A stretch of 64,000 nt of DNA, taken from the IMG/VR virus record IMGVR_UViG_3300023180_006024; one strand, written 5' to 3'. Shown piece by piece: positions 15,282 through 25,995 of the stretch. Position 1 is the first letter of the stretch. Each line of letters starts with the position of its first letter. Both the position numbers and the translations under genes were made by a program. The DNA comes from a virus. The notes beneath the pieces were generated by a model. That model saw nothing but the letters and a program-made list of their open reading frames with translations. It did no database searches and had not been told where the DNA came from.

Positions 15282-17056
15282 TCTACAATGTCAATATCGG
15301 TTGCATAGCTGGTAAAGCCATTTTCTTTAACAACTTTTAGTACATTGTTAACTCTACCAACTAGTTCGTCTTTGTGTGAGATAAGAAAAACATTTTTATT
15401 TCGTTCTCTTGTCATCTTTTTAAGAATGCCTATACTATTTTCTACTCCAGCAGTATCCATACCACTGTCAATCAACTCGTCAATAAACATTAAGTTAATA
15501 CTTTGGTATAAACTTTCCCAAACATCTCGAAATGCAAAGGAAAGACCAAGTATTAGCCTGTTACGTTCTCCACGTGACAAGTTATCGAAGTCTAAGTCCT
15601 GTCCTAGTTGTGTAATCTCTACTGCTAGGTCGTTTTGGAACACCACTTGATGCGGTAAGCCTATTTTATCTAGGTAATATGTGAGCCTTGCGTTTAAATA
15701 TGCCAAGTTTTGGTCGATAATCTTCTTTCTAATGAAAGAATCTTTGTTTGTAAGCAGTTTTAACAAGAACTCTTGGTGGTCTTTGAGGTTGTTTAACTCA
15801 TTCACCGATGTCCAATCAACTTCTTGCAATGCTGTTGTTTGTAAATCTTCAATTTGTGCCTGATAAGGATCTTCTTCTTGCTGTTTACTTAGCTTAGTTT
15901 GCTTTAAGTTATCTACGTTGTTTCTATGTTCATATGCTTCACGTGCAGTTTCGTAAAATGTAGTGGGTTTGCCGTTTATATTACCAATATCATCAAGAAA
16001 TCTCATGGTTGACTCTAGTTTATCAGCAACTTCTGTCTGATATGCTATTGAATCTTGTAGATCTTTAGTTTTTGTTGCAAGAATCTCTGCTTTTTTGTCT
16101 TCATGCAGTGCTTGACCGCAAGTATAGCAGGTTGCATCGTCTAAATCAGTGATATCCTTCTGTGCTTTGTCAACACTCTTGGTTGCTCGCATCAAAGCAC
16201 TCTCTAATGTAGACTTTTCTTTGTTTAAACTGGTTAAACGATTGTTTAATTCGGTCCAATCGCTAAGTTTTTCGTGACTATCTAGCTCTTTTTCAATATC
16301 TAGTTGTTCTAACTCGTTAATAGCATTGTCTAAACGCTGAATATCACTTTTTTGCTTGCTTTTCCATGCTTTTTGTCTATTAAACAGCGAATCGATACTG
16401 GTTTGTATCTTTTCGTTGGCAGAGTTAATAGCATCAATACGTAAAGTTTCTTCTGTAATAGCATCTTTTGTTTCTTTTATGCGATCTTTTAACGTATTTG
16501 CTTTATCACTGAGGATAGTTATACCTAATAACTGTTCAATAATAGCTCTCTGATCGTTTGTACGCATACTTAAGAACGGTTCGGTATATGTGTTTAATGC
16601 AACAATATGTTTGAACATATCGTGACTCATATTCAATAAATCACTGATACTTTCTTGTGTTTTTCTACTATCACCTTGACTTGCATCTTGTAAATCGTCA
16701 ACTTGTTCCTGTTCGTTTACATAAAACTTGAGTACATTAGGCGATCTACCACGTTCGATTCGATATTTGTTAGCGCCTTTCTCAAAGTTAAGCGTAACTA
16801 GCATGCCTTTGCTGTTTGTTTTGTTAATCAAGTTGTTTCTTTTGATGTTTGTAAGTGCTGTACCGTACAAAGCATAGGAAAGAGCATTGATAATAGTGGT
16901 TTTACCAGTGCCGTTTCTTGATCCTGTGTCATCTCCGCCTTGATCTAGGTTTTCACCTAATACAAGTGTAAGTTGTTCTTCGTCAAAGTCTACGGCTTGG
17001 GTTACATTTCCCACACTCATAAAGTTTTTTACTGTAAGGTCTTTAAGTTTTATCAT
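15278..17056 (-). CDS. gp46: Recombination endonuclease ATPase subunit (gp46/SbcC/Rad50)
   Basis: Walker A NGTGKTT, zinc hook CYTCGQ, signature LSRGE, Walker B MFIDELID and ISH switch. Confidence 0.96.
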   Translation of the reverse strand: MIKLKDLTVKNFMSVGNVTQAVDFDEEQLTLVLGENLDQGGDDTGSRNGTGKTTIINALSYALYGTALTNIKRNNLINKTNSKGMLVTLNFEKGANKYRIERGRSPNVLKFYVNEQEQVDDLQDASQGDSRKTQESISDLLNMSHDMFKHIVALNTYTEPFLSMRTNDQRAIIEQLLGITILSDKANTLKDRIKETKDAITEETLRIDAINSANEKIQTSIDSLFNRQKAWKSKQKSDIQRLDNAINELEQLDIEKELDSHEKLSDWTELNNRLTSLNKEKSTLESALMRATKSVDKAQKDITDLDDATCYTCGQALHEDKKAEILATKTKDLQDSIAYQTEVADKLESTMRFLDDIGNINGKPTTFYETAREAYEHRNNVDNLKQTKLSKQQEEDPYQAQIEDLQTTALQEVDWTSVNELNNLKDHQEFLLKLLTNKDSFIRKKIIDQNLAYLNARLTYYLDKIGLPHQVVFQNDLAVEITQLGQDLDFDNLSRGERNRLILGLSFAFRDVWESLYQSINLMFIDELIDSGMDTAGVENSIGILKKMTRERNKNVFLISHKDELVGRVNNVLKVVKENGFTSYATDIDIVE

Positions 17057-18066
17057 TCTAGCTCATTGTATATTTCTAAAAGTAACGATTTATTAAAGTT
17101 TTCACTATCTATTGCTAGTATTTCGTTACTAACAATCTGGTCAACACTTTCAAAGTGCTCGATATCTAGCTCTGAACTAATGTCTTCGATGCTTTTTTGT
17201 GGAATAAGAGTAATTTCTCTGCACTGATAGTCTTTAATAAAAGTTTCTTTGATAAAGGTAGCTTCTTCAAAGCTAATCGGCAAGTCTAATGTAACTCTCA
17301 AGTACATGTTAGGCTTAATCAGTGAGTCTTTTTCGTCAATCAACTGTGATAACTTTACTGTACGGTATTTAGGACAATCTAACCAGTTAATATATAATGG
17401 TTCTGCTGCATTTTCTCTATCCAACACCATCATACCACGGTCATCATCCCAAGCATCTGCATAGTTATGCGGAAATGCGTTACCAATATAGTGTACATTC
17501 TTCTGACTTTGACGTTTGTGGAAGTGTCCTGTAAACACATATTCAGGTTTTGTTAAGTTTTCTGCTTTAAGTTCGCCGTGATCTGGCATTCTTACCATAG
17601 CGTTCATTAAAAAGTTAGGAAGTTCAAAGTGTCCAAACATATATTTGCAATCTAGTGCTGCAACTTTTTTCCATTCGTCACTTACCATCCACGGAACCAG
17701 GGCAACATCTTCGATTTGCATAATATCATCAACGACTGTAATGCCAGGAATGTGTTTTGCCCACTCTGTGCTTTTAATATCACGTTTATCTTTGAAATAC
17801 AAATCGTGGTTACCAGCAAACATATAAAACTGATCAAATGCTGCACCTAGTTTTTCTAAACTGCGAATACCAGCATCCATAGTGGTTAAGTTAAGACTAT
17901 TTCTATTGTGATTCCAATCTCCACAAAAAATACCAGTCTCGCAACCATGTTCTTTTGCTGTTTCGATGTACCAATCGACAAAATCTTCACAATCTTTGTT
18001 ATGAACACGACTATTGCCTTTCATACCAAAGTGAATGTCAGTAAATACTGCTGCTTTTTTAAACAA
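17053..18066 (-). CDS. gp47: Recombination endonuclease nuclease subunit (gp47/SbcD/Mre11)
   Basis: Metallophosphoesterase motifs DIHFG, GDWNH, GNHD, GHFE and GHFH. TTG start after GGAG. Confidence 0.95.
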   Translation of the reverse strand: MFKKAAVFTDIHFGMKGNSRVHNKDCEDFVDWYIETAKEHGCETGIFCGDWNHNRNSLNLTTMDAGIRSLEKLGAAFDQFYMFAGNHDLYFKDKRDIKSTEWAKHIPGITVVDDIMQIEDVALVPWMVSDEWKKVAALDCKYMFGHFELPNFLMNAMVRMPDHGELKAENLTKPEYVFTGHFHKRQSQKNVHYIGNAFPHNYADAWDDDRGMMVLDRENAAEPLYINWLDCPKYRTVKLSQLIDEKDSLIKPNMYLRVTLDLPISFEEATFIKETFIKDYQCREITLIPQKSIEDISSELDIEHFESVDQIVSNEILAIDSENFNKSLLLEIYNELE

Positions 18067-18089
18067 ACTTATACTCCGTGTTTAATACT

Positions 18090-18118
18090 ATTGTAAAACA
18101 CTAATAAATCTAAGTCAA
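18090..18118 (-). promoter_or_regulatory. Sigma70-type promoter of the gp47-gp46-GIY-YIG operon
   Basis: TTGACT (18118-18113), 17 nt, TACAAT (18095-18090). Confidence 0.8.
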
Positions 18119-18122
18119 CCGG

Positions 18123-18947
18123 TTATTTTTTCTCTGATTCTCTGCGGAGAGCAGCTTCCCACTCGCCTGCGTGTTGTCTTGTATGACTTGGATTGAGGTT
18201 ATTTATTTCAAGAATGTCATCTCGTATGTTTTGATTGCGTTTTTCGAGGTTTATAACTCGAACAAAACTGTTTGTGACTGCTGCTGTGTAATATGCAAAA
18301 GGATTTTGCGACTTTGATTCGTCAAACTGTAACCCAATCTGCGAAAGTTGCAAAATAGCTTGTCCTTTCATTTCGTCGTTGTAAGTATATCCACGCACAT
18401 TGCCTCTTGTGGCATATCTATCAACTAGTTTTAACCACATCATTGCAAGTTTGTTTGTAGCACGACCATTTGCTTTTTCAAAATAGCCGTTTTCCATGCC
18501 ACCGACCCAATGACTCTTTCCTACACATATTAAATTGTCGTTTTCGTCAAACTTCCAATGCTGAAATGGTGGAAAGTTTAGTTTTGTTTTTTTATCTGCA
18601 ACAGTTTTTGGGTTCTTTTTTCTACCAGGTTCGTCTGGAATGTGATCAAACGTCATAATACGGAAAACTAAATCTTCTTTTTGTATTTTTTTGTAATCAT
18701 ACTCGCATTCTGCAAGTTTAACCTTGTTACCTATTGATTTTTCATATTCGTATTTTTGATTTGTAAGTAGTTTAGCACGATTTTTCTTTGCTTCACTGAT
18801 TGTTCTAATATTGATTTTATCAACTGATGGTAATATAATATCATAACTTGCATATTCGGGATCGACAAAACTACAGAATGTGTTTTTTGACTTGTGTATT
18901 TCAGCAAGCATGTCTTTATTGTTTAAATAATTTACTTTTCTAGCCAT
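18123..18947 (-). CDS. gp55: Late-transcription sigma factor, T4 gp55-like
   Basis: Motifs NYLNNKDML, RGYTYNDEM and FDESKSQNPFAYYT...NSFVRVINLEK. Conserved 55-47-46 gene order. Confidence 0.88.
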   Translation of the reverse strand: MARKVNYLNNKDMLAEIHKSKNTFCSFVDPEYASYDIILPSVDKINIRTISEAKKNRAKLLTNQKYEYEKSIGNKVKLAECEYDYKKIQKEDLVFRIMTFDHIPDEPGRKKNPKTVADKKTKLNFPPFQHWKFDENDNLICVGKSHWVGGMENGYFEKANGRATNKLAMMWLKLVDRYATRGNVRGYTYNDEMKGQAILQLSQIGLQFDESKSQNPFAYYTAAVTNSFVRVINLEKRNQNIRDDILEINNLNPSHTRQHAGEWEAALRRESEKK

Positions 18948-18964
18948 ATGTGCTCCTAAGATTG

Positions 18965-19005
18965 TATTTATAATAAACTACGTACTTAAAAAAGTCAACT
19001 AAATA
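18965..19005. promoter_or_regulatory. Divergent control region: sigma70-type and late promoters for gp55 (-), late promoter for the baseplate operon (+)
   Basis: Minus strand: TTGACT (18998-18993), 17 nt, TATTAT (18975-18970), overlapping TATAAATA (18972-18965). Plus strand: TAAATA at 19000-19005. Confidence 0.7.
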
Positions 19006-19021
19006 CTATAGGAGACTCAGC

Positions 19022-19894
19022 ATGGCTTTTTGGAACTTTTTAGATACTATTGAAGATATTACTAACACTGTTGGAGGTGTTGTTAATACAGTTCAATCGG
19101 GTATTAACACAGTAAAAAATATTAAAAACACTTTTGACGATTTTATTGACGATCCGTTTGGATTAATTTCAACTATTCGTCGAGGAACAATACCTCCAGG
19201 AGCAGAACCATTAACTCCTATTATACAAAATGCTAGTTTTTTAGCAGACAATGGTAGTGGCGAAGATTGGAGAGTTAGAATACACATTCCGGCAAGTCCA
19301 CAAAACATGTTTGGAGCAGATATTTTTACTCCTTTAAGGAATAGCAACAACAGTATGGTATTTCCAACAACTCCACAGATTTTGGTTACACATAGTGCAA
19401 ACTATAGTATGCTTTCTCCAATACATACTAACTATCCATATCCTGTTTATCAAAACAGTCAAGTTGAGGATATTACCATTACAGGAGAGTTTCCGGTTGA
19501 AAACGAAGCAGATGGTAGATATTGGATTTCAAGTGTGCATTTTTTAAGAACGATTACAAAAATGTTTTACGGAAACGGAGATGCAAAAGGTGCCCCACCA
19601 CCTAGAGTAGCATTAAGCGGTTACGGAGATTTTATTTTTCAGCGTACTCCTGTAATAGTTAAAATGTTTAGTGTTGACTTACCAAGAGATGTAGACTATA
19701 TCAAAGTACCTATTGCACAAAGCGACATAGGCGATGCAAGTGCAGCAGGAACATACACATATGTTCCTACATTAAGCACACTAAACATTACAGTACAACC
19801 AGTATACAGTAGAGATATCACTAGACAGTTTAATCTTACAGACTTTGCAAGTGGTGCCTATATTACTGATCCTAATAAAGGAGGATTTATTTAA
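19022..19894 (+). CDS. Tail-tube-like baseplate/tube initiator protein
   Basis: Motifs FPTTPQI, DITITGEF and GAPPPRVALSGYG. First gene of the baseplate operon, with an AGGAG RBS. Confidence 0.6.
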   Translation: MAFWNFLDTIEDITNTVGGVVNTVQSGINTVKNIKNTFDDFIDDPFGLISTIRRGTIPPGAEPLTPIIQNASFLADNGSGEDWRVRIHIPASPQNMFGADIFTPLRNSNNSMVFPTTPQILVTHSANYSMLSPIHTNYPYPVYQNSQVEDITITGEFPVENEADGRYWISSVHFLRTITKMFYGNGDAKGAPPPRVALSGYGDFIFQRTPVIVKMFSVDLPRDVDYIKVPIAQSDIGDASAAGTYTYVPTLSTLNITVQPVYSRDITRQFNLTDFASGAYITDPNKGGFI

Positions 19895-20193
19895 TGGCAC
19901 AATATTCACAGAAAAGTCCTTATCAGTTTACTAAACTAGAAAAAAACAATCTAGGTTATTATGTTCACGTTCCTATTATTGGCGAAGACGATGACATAAA
20001 CTATACTATACAACCGCAATATAACTTTAGACCTGATTTATTAGCATATGATTTATACAAAGATGCAAAACTTTGGTGGGTATTTACAAATCGTAATATG
20101 GAAATATTAAAAGATCCTATATTTGACTTTAGAGCTGGTGTTGAAATAAAGCTACCTAAACAAAGTTATCTCAGTAGAATACTTGGAGGTTAA
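19894..20193 (+). CDS. gp53: Baseplate wedge protein, gp53/LysM-like
   Basis: Motif RPDLLAYDLYKDAKLWWVF. Confidence 0.8.
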   Translation: MAQYSQKSPYQFTKLEKNNLGYYVHVPIIGEDDDINYTIQPQYNFRPDLLAYDLYKDAKLWWVFTNRNMEILKDPIFDFRAGVEIKLPKQSYLSRILGG

Positions 20194-22551
20194 ATGGCTA
20201 CGCTTAGAAATGAACTGCACAAGTTTGTATCTTATAACTATCGTTGGAGATTTGCTTGTTTATCTCAAACCGAGTTTAATACGGGTAATATCACCTACAA
20301 TAGCGGTGTAACTCTTATTGAAACTGGCGGGCTAGGAAACAATGCTGTTGTACAAACAGCAGTTGAAAGAGCATTAGGCATTAATGTTGAATATTTCATA
20401 GATGATGTAAATATCGAATATTTGCACAGTTTCAATCCAGGTACAGGATATGCTAACGCAACTCAGTTATCGTTTACTGTAACAGAACCGTACAGTGTTG
20501 GATTATTTTTCCAAGCACTTGCAATAGGTGCAGCAGAAGTTGGTCACACTAACTATCTCAATACACCATTTTTGTTAGCATGTGAATTTGTTGGGTTTGA
20601 TGATTCAGGTGCAAGCAGTGTTGTGCCTGGTGCATTACTGTGCATAAAACTAGTAGACATGCAGTTTAGTGTAGAAGCGTCTGGAAGTGTATATCAGCTT
20701 AACGCAATACCATACAACCATGTTGCATTTGCTGATACATTTAACACAACTAGAACAAATACTACTTTTTCTGGTGCAACAGTATCAGAAGTTTTACAAG
20801 ATTTTATCACTGAAATAAACAGACAAGAATTTCAAAAATCGCAACAAGGTTTAGTTGCACAACCTGATGCATATAGAATAGAGTTTCCGAATGATATTTC
20901 ATCTGTTACAGGTGGAACAAATACATATACTCAAACTGTTCAAACTGGCGAAGATGCACAACGTGCTGTAGATGCTTCTTTAAGTGGTGCAAATGATTTT
21001 GTAGAGGCACAAGATTTTATAAGACAAAGAAGCATTGAAAATGCATTTAACCTAGATCCAAACCTAAGATTTGAACAAGAACAAAGTTTAAATGTTGTTC
21101 GAAGTGAAGCAGCGCAAGCAGCATTTGATCCGTCTGTAAACATAATAGGAAATGCTCCTATAGTCAACAACTTTTCTGATTTTGGTATAAACGATTTTGG
21201 TGATAACACTATCATTTGGAATGCTGAAAGAAGAGTATGGCAAAGAGGATCAATGTCTATTAGTGAAACCGATAGAAGATTTCAGTTTGCGCCAGGAACA
21301 AAAATAGAAAGAATAATAGAAGAAGTAATATTAACCAGTGATTATGGGCAGTCGTTATTGTCTCAAACACCAGTTGATGAAATGGTAAACTGGTTTAAGA
21401 TAACAAGTAGAGTTTTTGTAGCAGATGCACAAGAAGATCAAGTATCAGGTAGACCAGCTTATGAAATAGTTTATGTAGTTACTCCATTTAGAATGCATAT
21501 GAGTGCTATAAGTCAAGTTACAGCAGACTTTAGTTACTCCTATGCTATAGATAATGCACATAAAGCATATAGATATAGCTACACCGGCGATAATAGTGAT
21601 ATACTAGAGTTTACATTTAATATTGATAACAGCTTTTATAAAGAACTTGCAACTACTGCAAACACTCCTGCAAATGTTCACGAAGGTGGTAATATCACAG
21701 GTTTAGAAAATAATGCACAGTATTCTGCATCAGCCAGTGCTTCAGCTAATGCAACAAGCACGATTACAAGACATAATAGAGTGAACTTTATTCCTATTGA
21801 TGCAAGTGGCGGCGCCGGAATGGAAGAAAATGCTCTCAGAGCAGCTAGAATATTTAATGCAAATATTTTAAATAGCGATGTTGATAACATCGAACTAGAA
21901 CTTAAAATATGGGGCGATCCTTTTTATCTGCATGATAGTGATTTTGGTAACAGATCTGTATCTGCGGGACCAGAAGGATTAAATGCAGATGGTACAGTTG
22001 ATTTTTTACGATCAGAAGTTTTTGTTTTGATTGATTTTAAAAGTGCAGTAGATTATAACGGTAACTTATTACAAATAGATCCTATTAATCAGTTTAGTGG
22101 TGTATACAAACTTGTAACTTTCACAAGTAGCTTTTCTGACGGAATGTACAATAATACTTTAACACTACTAAGAATGGCAAACCAGCCTTCGAATAGTATT
22201 CTAAGATTACGAAACCTACTCAACGATTTGCCTCAGAATAACAATGCACTCATAGACGAGTTATCAAGTGTTGCAAACAACGAGTTTAAGCCGTTGTTAC
22301 AAAGAGCACAACAGTTTCAGCAAGCATACACACATTTTCAAAATCTAGATATTGAAAATTTAGCAAAACTTGCACCAGGAAATCTCGGACAGGTTCTTAA
22401 CCAGTTTGATAACCTAGTATCAGAAGCAAGACAGATAGAACAAAATATACAAAAAACTTTAGACTTTATACAAGATCCACTTGCAGGTATCAATGACTTT
22501 GCTAGAGATTTTAAATCACAACTAGATAACATATTTAAAGGATTACGATGA
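20194..22551 (+). CDS. Baseplate hub-like structural protein (785 aa)
   Basis: Located between gp53 and gp5. Motifs ELKIWGDPFYL and FSGVYKLVTFTSSF resemble hub proteins. Confidence 0.55.
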   Translation: MATLRNELHKFVSYNYRWRFACLSQTEFNTGNITYNSGVTLIETGGLGNNAVVQTAVERALGINVEYFIDDVNIEYLHSFNPGTGYANATQLSFTVTEPYSVGLFFQALAIGAAEVGHTNYLNTPFLLACEFVGFDDSGASSVVPGALLCIKLVDMQFSVEASGSVYQLNAIPYNHVAFADTFNTTRTNTTFSGATVSEVLQDFITEINRQEFQKSQQGLVAQPDAYRIEFPNDISSVTGGTNTYTQTVQTGEDAQRAVDASLSGANDFVEAQDFIRQRSIENAFNLDPNLRFEQEQSLNVVRSEAAQAAFDPSVNIIGNAPIVNNFSDFGINDFGDNTIIWNAERRVWQRGSMSISETDRRFQFAPGTKIERIIEEVILTSDYGQSLLSQTPVDEMVNWFKITSRVFVADAQEDQVSGRPAYEIVYVVTPFRMHMSAISQVTADFSYSYAIDNAHKAYRYSYTGDNSDILEFTFNIDNSFYKELATTANTPANVHEGGNITGLENNAQYSASASASANATSTITRHNRVNFIPIDASGGAGMEENALRAARIFNANILNSDVDNIELELKIWGDPFYLHDSDFGNRSVSAGPEGLNADGTVDFLRSEVFVLIDFKSAVDYNGNLLQIDPINQFSGVYKLVTFTSSFSDGMYNNTLTLLRMANQPSNSILRLRNLLNDLPQNNNALIDELSSVANNEFKPLLQRAQQFQQAYTHFQNLDIENLAKLAPGNLGQVLNQFDNLVSEARQIEQNIQKTLDFIQDPLAGINDFARDFKSQLDNIFKGLR

Positions 22552-25500
22552 GATCACAAGAGCGTAGAAGTGCAAGATCTTCAGATAGATCTTACAACAC
22601 AGGACCTTTTATAGGTAGGATTGTATCTCACCTTGACCAAAAGTTTATGGGTGCGTTACAAGTACAAATATTAAATTACAATGACACAGGAGATGATTAT
22701 CAAGCAAGTAATGAAGTAATCACTTGTTTTTATGCACCTCCATTTTATGGAGCAACACCTAGTACTGGATTGCAAGGTGGCACAACTTATGCAGAAAGTA
22801 CACAAAGTTATGGCATGTGGTTTGTTCCTCCTGATGTGGGTTCAAAAGTTTTAGTAATGCTCATAGAAGGTAGAAGAGATTTTGGTTATTGGTTTGCGTG
22901 TGTGCCTGAAGAGTTTATGAACTTTATGATTCCTGACGGTAGAGCAAGTACTTTGAATACTACTGCTAATGCCGATCTGCAAAGTGAAATACCTGAAATG
23001 GTTGCAGCAGCAGAAGGACTGAAAGTTCCTGTAGGAGAATACAACAGAGCTACTATAGATCCAGCCGGAGAAACACAGCCTACTAACTACCCTAAACCTA
23101 GAAATGATTTGTTTATTGAAAGATTAACCGAACAAGGTTTATTAGCTGATGATATTAGAGGAACTACAAGCACAAGTGCTAGAAGAGAAGTTCCTAGCAT
23201 GGTTTTTGGTGTAAGCACACCTGGTCCTATGGACAAAAGACCAAACGCTCCTACTACTAATATTGGCACTGTGCAAAATGAAATAAATGTCCCAAGTAGT
23301 AGATTAGGTGGCAGTAGCATTGTTATGGATGACGGCGACGACAAGTTTGTAAGAGTAGGTCCTGCCGACAGCACTCCATCTGAATATATTGATAGAGAAT
23401 ATGGTTCAACAACTGAAGGCGATGTAACAATACCTGCTAATGAATTGATAAGGATGCGTACTCGTACAGGACATCAAATATTATTACACAATAGTGAAGA
23501 TTTGATTTATATAGGTAATGCCAGGGGAACAAGTTGGATTGAAATGACCAGCAATGGTAAAATTGACATTTATGCAAATGACAGTATAAGTGTGCACTCC
23601 GAAAACGACTTAAACTTCAGTGCGGATAGAGATATCAACTTTGAGTGTAGAAATATGAATATGGTTATTGGCGGCACATATAAAAATAGCACATCAAAAT
23701 CTCATAGCACTACATCAGGAGAGTTTTTTGCAGTCAAAGCCGGTGACAGTATAACACACGATGCAGGTACATTTATTTCAGATACTGCTCAATCAGGCAT
23801 TTCGCATAGTGCAAATTCAGGAAGCATTGGCATTACAGAAAGCGGCGAAATATGCATTGATAGTGATAGAAATATTAATGTAAACAGTGCAGACAATTTT
23901 AATCTTACCACAGGATTGAACTTTAATCTAAAGAGTACTGGAGGTATTTTCTTAACATCAACTGAAGCTGATTTACATTTGTTTAGCCAACAGCGTATGA
24001 ATATTAACACAAATGCTGTAATGAACCTTAGATCAGAAAGCACAATGAATCTGCATACAAAAAGTAACATGAATACACAAGTTGATGGAAAGCATAAAAG
24101 CACAGCAGATCTTGGATTTGAGTTTTTTACTCCTATTGCATATAATGTTTGGGCCGAAGGCAATATGAACCTAAAAGTTGACGGTGACATTCTTAGCTAT
24201 AGTAATGGTAATACATACATCAAATCTAATAACTACATAAATTTACAAAGTACTAATGATATAAATGTTAAATCATCGCAAGCTATTCGAATAAATCCTA
24301 CTGGTGCATTAAGTTTATACTCAGGTAATAATACGGTTTATATTGATGGCACAACTGATGTACGTATAAACGAAGGCGGTAGTACAGCAGCAAATACTGC
24401 TGATACAGCAAGACAAGCAGAAGAAGTAACTGTGTTCGCACCAGAAGCATATTTTGCATCAGAAGCAACACAGTGTGCTACACTTCCTCCGGTAAATCCT
24501 TTTGAAGCAGATTTGCTGGCTCGTAAGCCAATGCATGAGCCATGGGCACAACATGAAAATTTAAATCCGTTACTTTACACACCAGAAAGAACCGAAGCTG
24601 GACAACCATCGGAAGATAGTTTTAAAACTCCTATTGCTGATACATTTATCAATATTGGAAAAGATAGAGGCACAGCAGACACAACTGTTAGCACCACAAC
24701 TAACAGAGCTATTGAGCCTTTAGACGAGGGAGGCGATATTGGAGACGATGTAGATTTAGACCTAGTTGGATTAAGCGATAATGTTGAGTTTGCGTTTAAC
24801 TATCTAAAACAACAACTAAATCTTACAGATGCTCAAGCCGCAGGTATTGTAGGAAATATACGAGTTGAATCGTATCCAGAAATCAGACCACAAGCATACA
24901 ATGGCGCTGGCGGAGGTTTAGGTGCTAGAGGTATTGTGCAATGGCGAGGAGATAGAATACGCAAGTTTAGAGAACGTTACAATAAAGATATTCTAGAAGC
25001 AAGTTTACAAGAGCAGTTAGATTACCTTATTTGGGAAATCACAGATCCTACATCTCCTGAAGCATGGGCAAAAACTTTGGAAAGATTAAGAGAAACAAGA
25101 ACACCTGCAGAAGCAGCTAGAAGTTTTGAAGCTACATTTGAAAGATCGGGCGGACATAATCTAACTACTAGAGTTCGTTATGCTGAAGAAGTCTATCTTG
25201 CAGCACAAGATGCATTTGAACTTGTTGAAAGAACAGAACCTGGCTCACCGCCTCATCCAGATGTACGTATCGAAAGAGGTGAAGTTGTGCCAGAAGGCGA
25301 ATCCGATGTAGAAACAAATCCAAACGCAGAAAGTAGAAGTCTTTCAGGCGATGCTGGAGATATAGTTATACAACAAAACCGTGCATGTAGTAGACGATTT
25401 GATATTTCTCCGCAGTTAGAAAGAATACTTAGACGTGCCGCCGCTGCCGCAGGTATTACAAAAATCTATATTTCAAGTGCAGGTCAAGCACCAAAAGGAC

Positions 25501-25985
25501 ACCCTAATGCAGTGCAAGGAAGATATCCAAACGGAAATAGAGTGAGAAATAGTACAAGACACGACTGTATTACATTTAATGGAGAAAGCGGATATGCTCA
25601 TGCAGCAGATATTGATTTGTATCAGGGTAATACTATATTAGATGGTAGAAACTCTAGCCACCAAGCTATACTAAGAAGATTTTTACAAGTATGTGTTCAA
25701 CAAGGTGTAAAAGGGTTTGGTTGGGATTCTGGATCTCGTGGGCAATCTAGATATTATATGGGTCCGTGTAGATTCCATGTTGATCTTTATGGATTTTTGT
25801 CATATTGTCCTGGACCGTGGAGCACATCTAGAGGAAGAGCAAATCCTTCAGGCAGAGTAAGTGAAGGTCCTATTGCAGTATGGGGAGATAATATGAGGAC
25901 TGCACCTACTGCCTGCAGATGGGTAAGAAATGGAAACATAATCAGTCAAAGATATGATTGGTTCCCAAGAGCAGTTTTAAGTTAA
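22548..25985 (+). CDS. gp5: Baseplate central spike, gp5/VgrG-like, with a tail-lysozyme domain and a putative Zn-peptidase domain
   Basis: OB-fold motif YGMWFVPPDVGSKVLV, RTRTGHQI and beta-helix repeats. Lysozyme-like QAAGIVGNIRVES...RGIVQW. M15-like RHD...HAADID...FHVD. Confidence 0.8.
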   Translation: MRSQERRSARSSDRSYNTGPFIGRIVSHLDQKFMGALQVQILNYNDTGDDYQASNEVITCFYAPPFYGATPSTGLQGGTTYAESTQSYGMWFVPPDVGSKVLVMLIEGRRDFGYWFACVPEEFMNFMIPDGRASTLNTTANADLQSEIPEMVAAAEGLKVPVGEYNRATIDPAGETQPTNYPKPRNDLFIERLTEQGLLADDIRGTTSTSARREVPSMVFGVSTPGPMDKRPNAPTTNIGTVQNEINVPSSRLGGSSIVMDDGDDKFVRVGPADSTPSEYIDREYGSTTEGDVTIPANELIRMRTRTGHQILLHNSEDLIYIGNARGTSWIEMTSNGKIDIYANDSISVHSENDLNFSADRDINFECRNMNMVIGGTYKNSTSKSHSTTSGEFFAVKAGDSITHDAGTFISDTAQSGISHSANSGSIGITESGEICIDSDRNINVNSADNFNLTTGLNFNLKSTGGIFLTSTEADLHLFSQQRMNINTNAVMNLRSESTMNLHTKSNMNTQVDGKHKSTADLGFEFFTPIAYNVWAEGNMNLKVDGDILSYSNGNTYIKSNNYINLQSTNDINVKSSQAIRINPTGALSLYSGNNTVYIDGTTDVRINEGGSTAANTADTARQAEEVTVFAPEAYFASEATQCATLPPVNPFEADLLARKPMHEPWAQHENLNPLLYTPERTEAGQPSEDSFKTPIADTFINIGKDRGTADTTVSTTTNRAIEPLDEGGDIGDDVDLDLVGLSDNVEFAFNYLKQQLNLTDAQAAGIVGNIRVESYPEIRPQAYNGAGGGLGARGIVQWRGDRIRKFRERYNKDILEASLQEQLDYLIWEITDPTSPEAWAKTLERLRETRTPAEAARSFEATFERSGGHNLTTRVRYAEEVYLAAQDAFELVERTEPGSPPHPDVRIERGEVVPEGESDVETNPNAESRSLSGDAGDIVIQQNRACSRRFDISPQLERILRRAAAAAGITKIYISSAGQAPKGHPNAVQGRYPNGNRVRNSTRHDCITFNGESGYAHAADIDLYQGNTILDGRNSSHQAILRRFLQVCVQQGVKGFGWDSGSRGQSRYYMGPCRFHVDLYGFLSYCPGPWSTSRGRANPSGRVSEGPIAVWGDNMRTAPTACRWVRNGNIISQRYDWFPRAVLS

Positions 25986-25995
25986 GGAAGAATAC

